Assembly (NCBI GenBank): GCA_035627515.1
Contig: DASPLQ010000012.1
Location: 714,331-778,330, forward strand
Direction: 5' to 3'
Source: Vitreimonas sp.
GTDB lineage: Bacteria; Patescibacteriota; Microgenomatia; UBA1400; PJMF01
DNA: 64,000 nucleotides
Position 1 is the stretch's first letter. Every line of letters begins with the position of its first letter. Below are positions 60,339 to 64,000 of the stretch, piece after piece. A model generated the notes under the pieces. It did no database searches, had not been told where the DNA came from, and worked only from the letters and a program-made list of their open reading frames with translations. The position numbers and the translations under genes are program-made.

Positions 60339-60386
60339 CTATTTTAAGAATGTCTGCTATCATTAAGTACTAAATTAGTGCTTAGT

Positions 60387-60938
60387 ATGGTTAATGATTC
60401 TAGTTTCACCCTTCTTCGGGAAAAAAAGTTACTTGATACTCCCTGGCTGAAGGTCACGGCTAATGATTATCAACTACCCAATCAGCAGCAGCTTCATGAG
60501 TATTACGTAGTCCAAGAAAAAAACGGCGTCACAGTTGTGCCCCTGACTACTAACAATGAAATATTAATCGTCAAACAATTTCGTCCTCCCATCAATGAAA
60601 TGTGTTATGACTTGCCCGGTGGATTAATTGATGCTGAAGGTATCGATCCACTTCTCCAAGCACAGCAAGAATTGCTACAGGAAACAGGTTATGCTACCAA
60701 AAATTGGATTAGCATTGGCAGTTTTTATCCAGCTCCTCATCGTTTGAGAAATTTCCAAGAATGTTATATTGCTAAAGATATTACCAAAATCGCTACCCCT
60801 AAGCTTGATAATACGGAAGTCGTGACATATGAATTAGTTGATTTGAATATTTTTGAACAGATGATTAAAGAAAACATTTTTAAGTGCAGTTACTGTATTA
60901 CTGCTTATTTTAAAGCTAAACTTTCTCTGGGAATTTAA
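60387..60938 (+). CDS. Nudix hydrolase (ADP-ribose pyrophosphatase-like)
   Basis: VKQFRPP, LPGGLID, A.QELLQETGY. Confidence 0.85.
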   Translation: MVNDSSFTLLREKKLLDTPWLKVTANDYQLPNQQQLHEYYVVQEKNGVTVVPLTTNNEILIVKQFRPPINEMCYDLPGGLIDAEGIDPLLQAQQELLQETGYATKNWISIGSFYPAPHRLRNFQECYIAKDITKIATPKLDNTEVVTYELVDLNIFEQMIKENIFKCSYCITAYFKAKLSLGI

Positions 60939-61005
60939 TTAACTAAAGTGTGGTTTGCATGATTTTTTAGTTGTTTTACGACTAATTAGATGCAGGTCAC
61001 TACTT

Positions 61006-62823
61006 ATGGATATATTACTGACATTAATTTTAATTACTAGTCCGCTTATTTATGTCATAGGTTTGGGCTTAGTGGTAATTAAGTTTTTTTCCTTTTTAAG
61101 TAGCCGTACAGCTCCCACCCCGACGCATGCTTCCTCATCAATACATGCTTCTCATGTTTCCACGTCATACCCCAAAATCGTTAGCACTTCACATCATCAG
61201 GATAGCGCTAGGTGGTTAAGTTGGTGCCTTGGTTTTTTGTATGTATTGGTAGTTAATTGGTACGGCTGGCCTACCGGTTTGCAGTTAAGTATTATTTATA
61301 GCTTATGGCTGGGTGCCATTTTCTATATTAGTTTTGACCGCCAACTTGCACAGTCAAAGGTTTGGCAATTGATAATGGCTATCAGCTTGCTAATCGCTGG
61401 GTATGCAGCCCTCACGACTAATGTGTATCTTGATTTACTAAACAAGCTTAGTGTGTTGGGTGTGGGTTGGGCCAGTTTAATTTTCATCGCTCGTGGTACC
61501 TTGCCGAAAACCATAGGTGAAATGATTGCAGCCAGCTTCAACTTAATGAACTCACTCTTTATACATTTATTTGAGTGGTCAGCCAATCGGCGATTATTAG
61601 TCTTGCCTAACTGGAAATGGAGTTGGAAACAGGTATCCACCGAAAAATTAATTGGTTTTGCAATTGCCATCCCTTTGTTAACTATTTTTCATTGGCTATT
61701 TGCTCGAACTAACCAAGAGTATGCTCTTTTTGTCACTCAGCTTTTGCAGTGGATGTGGATGGTAATTAAGTTTATTTGGGAGTTAGATATTATTGAGCTG
61801 TTTATTAAGACACTCGTGACGAGCTTCATTTTTTATCAATGTTTTGATGTTAAAGCTATTCACAATCAAGCTAAGCTTTCTGACTCACAACAATTATCAC
61901 TCCAGTTATTTCACATTGTTATTTACTGTTGCATAGGGATCTTTGGTTTGTTTTCCTTCTTTCAGTCCCAACTACTGTTCATTAATTATGCCCAGGTCAC
62001 TTTTAAAGTGCTATCAACATATGTTATTCAAGGTTTTTGGGAGTTATTAGCAGCAGCTTTAATTGGGTACACAATAATTTTAGCTGTGTTATCTCAATTA
62101 ATCCAGAGCCGAGATAAAGAAACCGTTTACTCTCGTAGCTTATTAACCATATTTGCTATCGAGCTGATGTTAGTAATTTTATTTACTTTACATAAACTGG
62201 GAATACACCAACTTTTCTTTGGTTTCAAGGATCAGCGGCTATTAGCAACCGGCGCGGTGATATTAGTACTGATGACCTTTTTGATGTTACTGGGTCGGAT
62301 ATGGAAATATATTCAGCAGCAGCAGGTATTTGCAGTTCAGGTCGTTGCCACCCTCGCTATGATATTAGGCTTTAATGTTATGAACTTAGATTGGTTTATA
62401 ACTCGTTTCAACCCTGTTAGCTATTATCAGCAAGGGCAGAAATATAAAGATTACTCATATCTTTTAGGCAATTCGTACGATAACTACGGTGAGTGGGAGA
62501 AGTTAATTACTGAAATGGAGGTGGTGAAGCCACCTCAACCTGATACTGATCAGTACTACTATGGTTGGTATCCTTCACTATGCCAGTCTCGAGTCGATGC
62601 TGGTCCTTATGCGATGTACAATTTAAGCTCTAGTCGTACCAGCACTCACACATCATATTTAGAAAATAAATATCTCTACTTAGAACGTAAATACGGGACA
62701 AACTCGCCACGTGAGTTGCATCAAATATTTCAGTTTAATTGGCGTGAATACCAGGCTTTTCATGCTTGGCAACGCTTACAACCTCGCTTAACCACCGTAG
62801 TGACACAAATTTGTTCTCAATAA
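61006..62823 (+). CDS. DUF4153/DUF4173-like membrane protein
   Basis: G..IAIPLL.IF..LF, Y...GFWEL, FG....RL. Confidence 0.65.
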   Translation: MDILLTLILITSPLIYVIGLGLVVIKFFSFLSSRTAPTPTHASSSIHASHVSTSYPKIVSTSHHQDSARWLSWCLGFLYVLVVNWYGWPTGLQLSIIYSLWLGAIFYISFDRQLAQSKVWQLIMAISLLIAGYAALTTNVYLDLLNKLSVLGVGWASLIFIARGTLPKTIGEMIAASFNLMNSLFIHLFEWSANRRLLVLPNWKWSWKQVSTEKLIGFAIAIPLLTIFHWLFARTNQEYALFVTQLLQWMWMVIKFIWELDIIELFIKTLVTSFIFYQCFDVKAIHNQAKLSDSQQLSLQLFHIVIYCCIGIFGLFSFFQSQLLFINYAQVTFKVLSTYVIQGFWELLAAALIGYTIILAVLSQLIQSRDKETVYSRSLLTIFAIELMLVILFTLHKLGIHQLFFGFKDQRLLATGAVILVLMTFLMLLGRIWKYIQQQQVFAVQVVATLAMILGFNVMNLDWFITRFNPVSYYQQGQKYKDYSYLLGNSYDNYGEWEKLITEMEVVKPPQPDTDQYYYGWYPSLCQSRVDAGPYAMYNLSSSRTSTHTSYLENKYLYLERKYGTNSPRELHQIFQFNWREYQAFHAWQRLQPRLTTVVTQICSQ

Positions 62824-62842
62824 TTTGGTACAATCGGTGGCT

Positions 62843-63901
62843 ATGACGCATCAGCAAGCTATAGAACGCCGTGGCGTTTCCATTTTGAAAGGATTGGCAG
62901 TATTGCCAGTGGTCTTAATTCATACCATGGCGGCATTTCCAGCTTGGCTCTATGTAGATCAACCATGGAGTTTAGGGTCCGTTTTTATCGATCAGTTAGG
63001 CCGTTACTCAGTGCCTTTGTTCATTGCGCTGTCTGGCTATGGCTTGACCAAAAAGCATGCCTATCACAGCGTGCCATTTACTTCATACTTAGTCAGTCGT
63101 GTCACTAAGTTGTTGCCACTTTATATATTGTGGAGCTGGGGTTTATTTATATTTTTGAGTTCAGCTCCAGGATGGCATAGCGTGGGTGCAACCACAACTT
63201 TTTTTGACACCTTACTATGGGGCAGTGCTGATTATCATTTGTATTTTATCCCACTTATTTTGCAGTTATATTTATTGTTTCCCAGTATCAATAAACTAAG
63301 TGATAATGCCTTAAAAATAGCTATTGCCATCACCGGCTTAGTACAGTTTGTGGCTTTTGGTTTTTTAGAATTACTACGGACTCAAACAGTGGTCATCGAA
63401 AATATTTCGCCATTAATCTATTTTGATCAGTTGCAGTATTTGATAGCTCCTAGTTGGTTGGTTTATTTTTTGTTAGGATGCTGGATGGCTCGTACACAGG
63501 TACAAAAATCATCTCTGTATGAGCGCGCTTCAGAATTTGGATTAGGATTTTCTCTCATCATAGCCACCGCTCAAAGTTTGTATTTATTACAAACTGAAAC
63601 CAATGTGCCAGTTACCACTCGTTTTACGAGAGTGGCAGTCTTAGCGTATGCGCTGATAGCTGTTTACTGGTTATTGAGTAAGGTCAATAAAATAGGTGAG
63701 TGGCAAGGTAAGCTCAGCTCACTATTAAAATCACTCGGTGACAACTCATTTTTAATTTATTTAAGCCACACGCTTATTATTCGGTTAGTGATTGGGGTTT
63801 ATTTTAAGCCTTTATCAAGTATTTTGTGGTTAGAAGGGGTGCTATTTGTAGGATTGCTGATTTGGGTATCAAAACTAATTTCAGGCCGAGAATCAGCTTA
63901 G
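62843..63901 (+). CDS. Acyltransferase family 3 membrane protein
   Basis: LKGLA...VV.IH, VPLFIALSG, YHLYFI...QLYLLFP, SF.IYLSH. Confidence 0.9.
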   Translation: MTHQQAIERRGVSILKGLAVLPVVLIHTMAAFPAWLYVDQPWSLGSVFIDQLGRYSVPLFIALSGYGLTKKHAYHSVPFTSYLVSRVTKLLPLYILWSWGLFIFLSSAPGWHSVGATTTFFDTLLWGSADYHLYFIPLILQLYLLFPSINKLSDNALKIAIAITGLVQFVAFGFLELLRTQTVVIENISPLIYFDQLQYLIAPSWLVYFLLGCWMARTQVQKSSLYERASEFGLGFSLIIATAQSLYLLQTETNVPVTTRFTRVAVLAYALIAVYWLLSKVNKIGEWQGKLSSLLKSLGDNSFLIYLSHTLIIRLVIGVYFKPLSSILWLEGVLFVGLLIWVSKLISGRESA

Positions 63902-64000
63902 CACCAGATACTATGTCACGACCAGCTAATCTTACTGATTGCTATCGTTTAATAGCCGCCATATGTATTGTATGGTTGCATAGTAGCTTCGTGCTAAAGT

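Noticed and set aside
1490-61670. Numerous 60-115 aa antisense or alternate-frame ORFs in the track
   Set aside because: Shadow ORFs of well-supported genes
63902-64000. Possible 3' end of a minus-strand gene at the window edge
   Set aside because: Too short to assign a frame or product

Overview
A 64 kb bacterial chromosomal window using the standard genetic code (TGA is used as stop). The compact rpoD, many small membrane-anchored orphans and GT-C glycosyltransferases suggest Patescibacteria/CPR (Microgenomates-like); this is an inference. The left end is housekeeping or metabolic: trxB 3' end, malic enzyme, gdhA, rpoD, a PIF1-like helicase and tRNA-Asn(GTT). Main discovery candidate: downstream of tRNA-Asn lies a visibly AT-richer ~10 kb array of six integrase-less gene units (0.4-2.4 kb). 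They are separated by same-orientation degenerate sites that resemble the tRNA 3' end (roughly TTCG-N9-CCACA-N4-GAGC), suggesting iterative cassette accretion at the tRNA. Cargo includes a methyltransferase, GNAT, nitrilase, a TrmB/DUF554 module and an OLD-family nuclease. A long stress/detox gene neighbourhood follows (VOC, DUF72, DUF2200, YdeI, UvrA2, ArsR/SRPBCC, DinB, PadR, DUF1801), then trhO, truB, hflX, greA, a DEAD-box helicase, tandem secreted lipases, a degenerate kinase and Nudix genes. Other signals are a 6S-like rod RNA candidate after rpoD, a second structured RNA candidate, pervasive near-leaderless promoters, a probable ATT start for trhO and two deleted gene remnants. No CRISPR array, rRNA, integrase or transposase was seen. 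All family calls come from motif recognition by eye, not from database searches.
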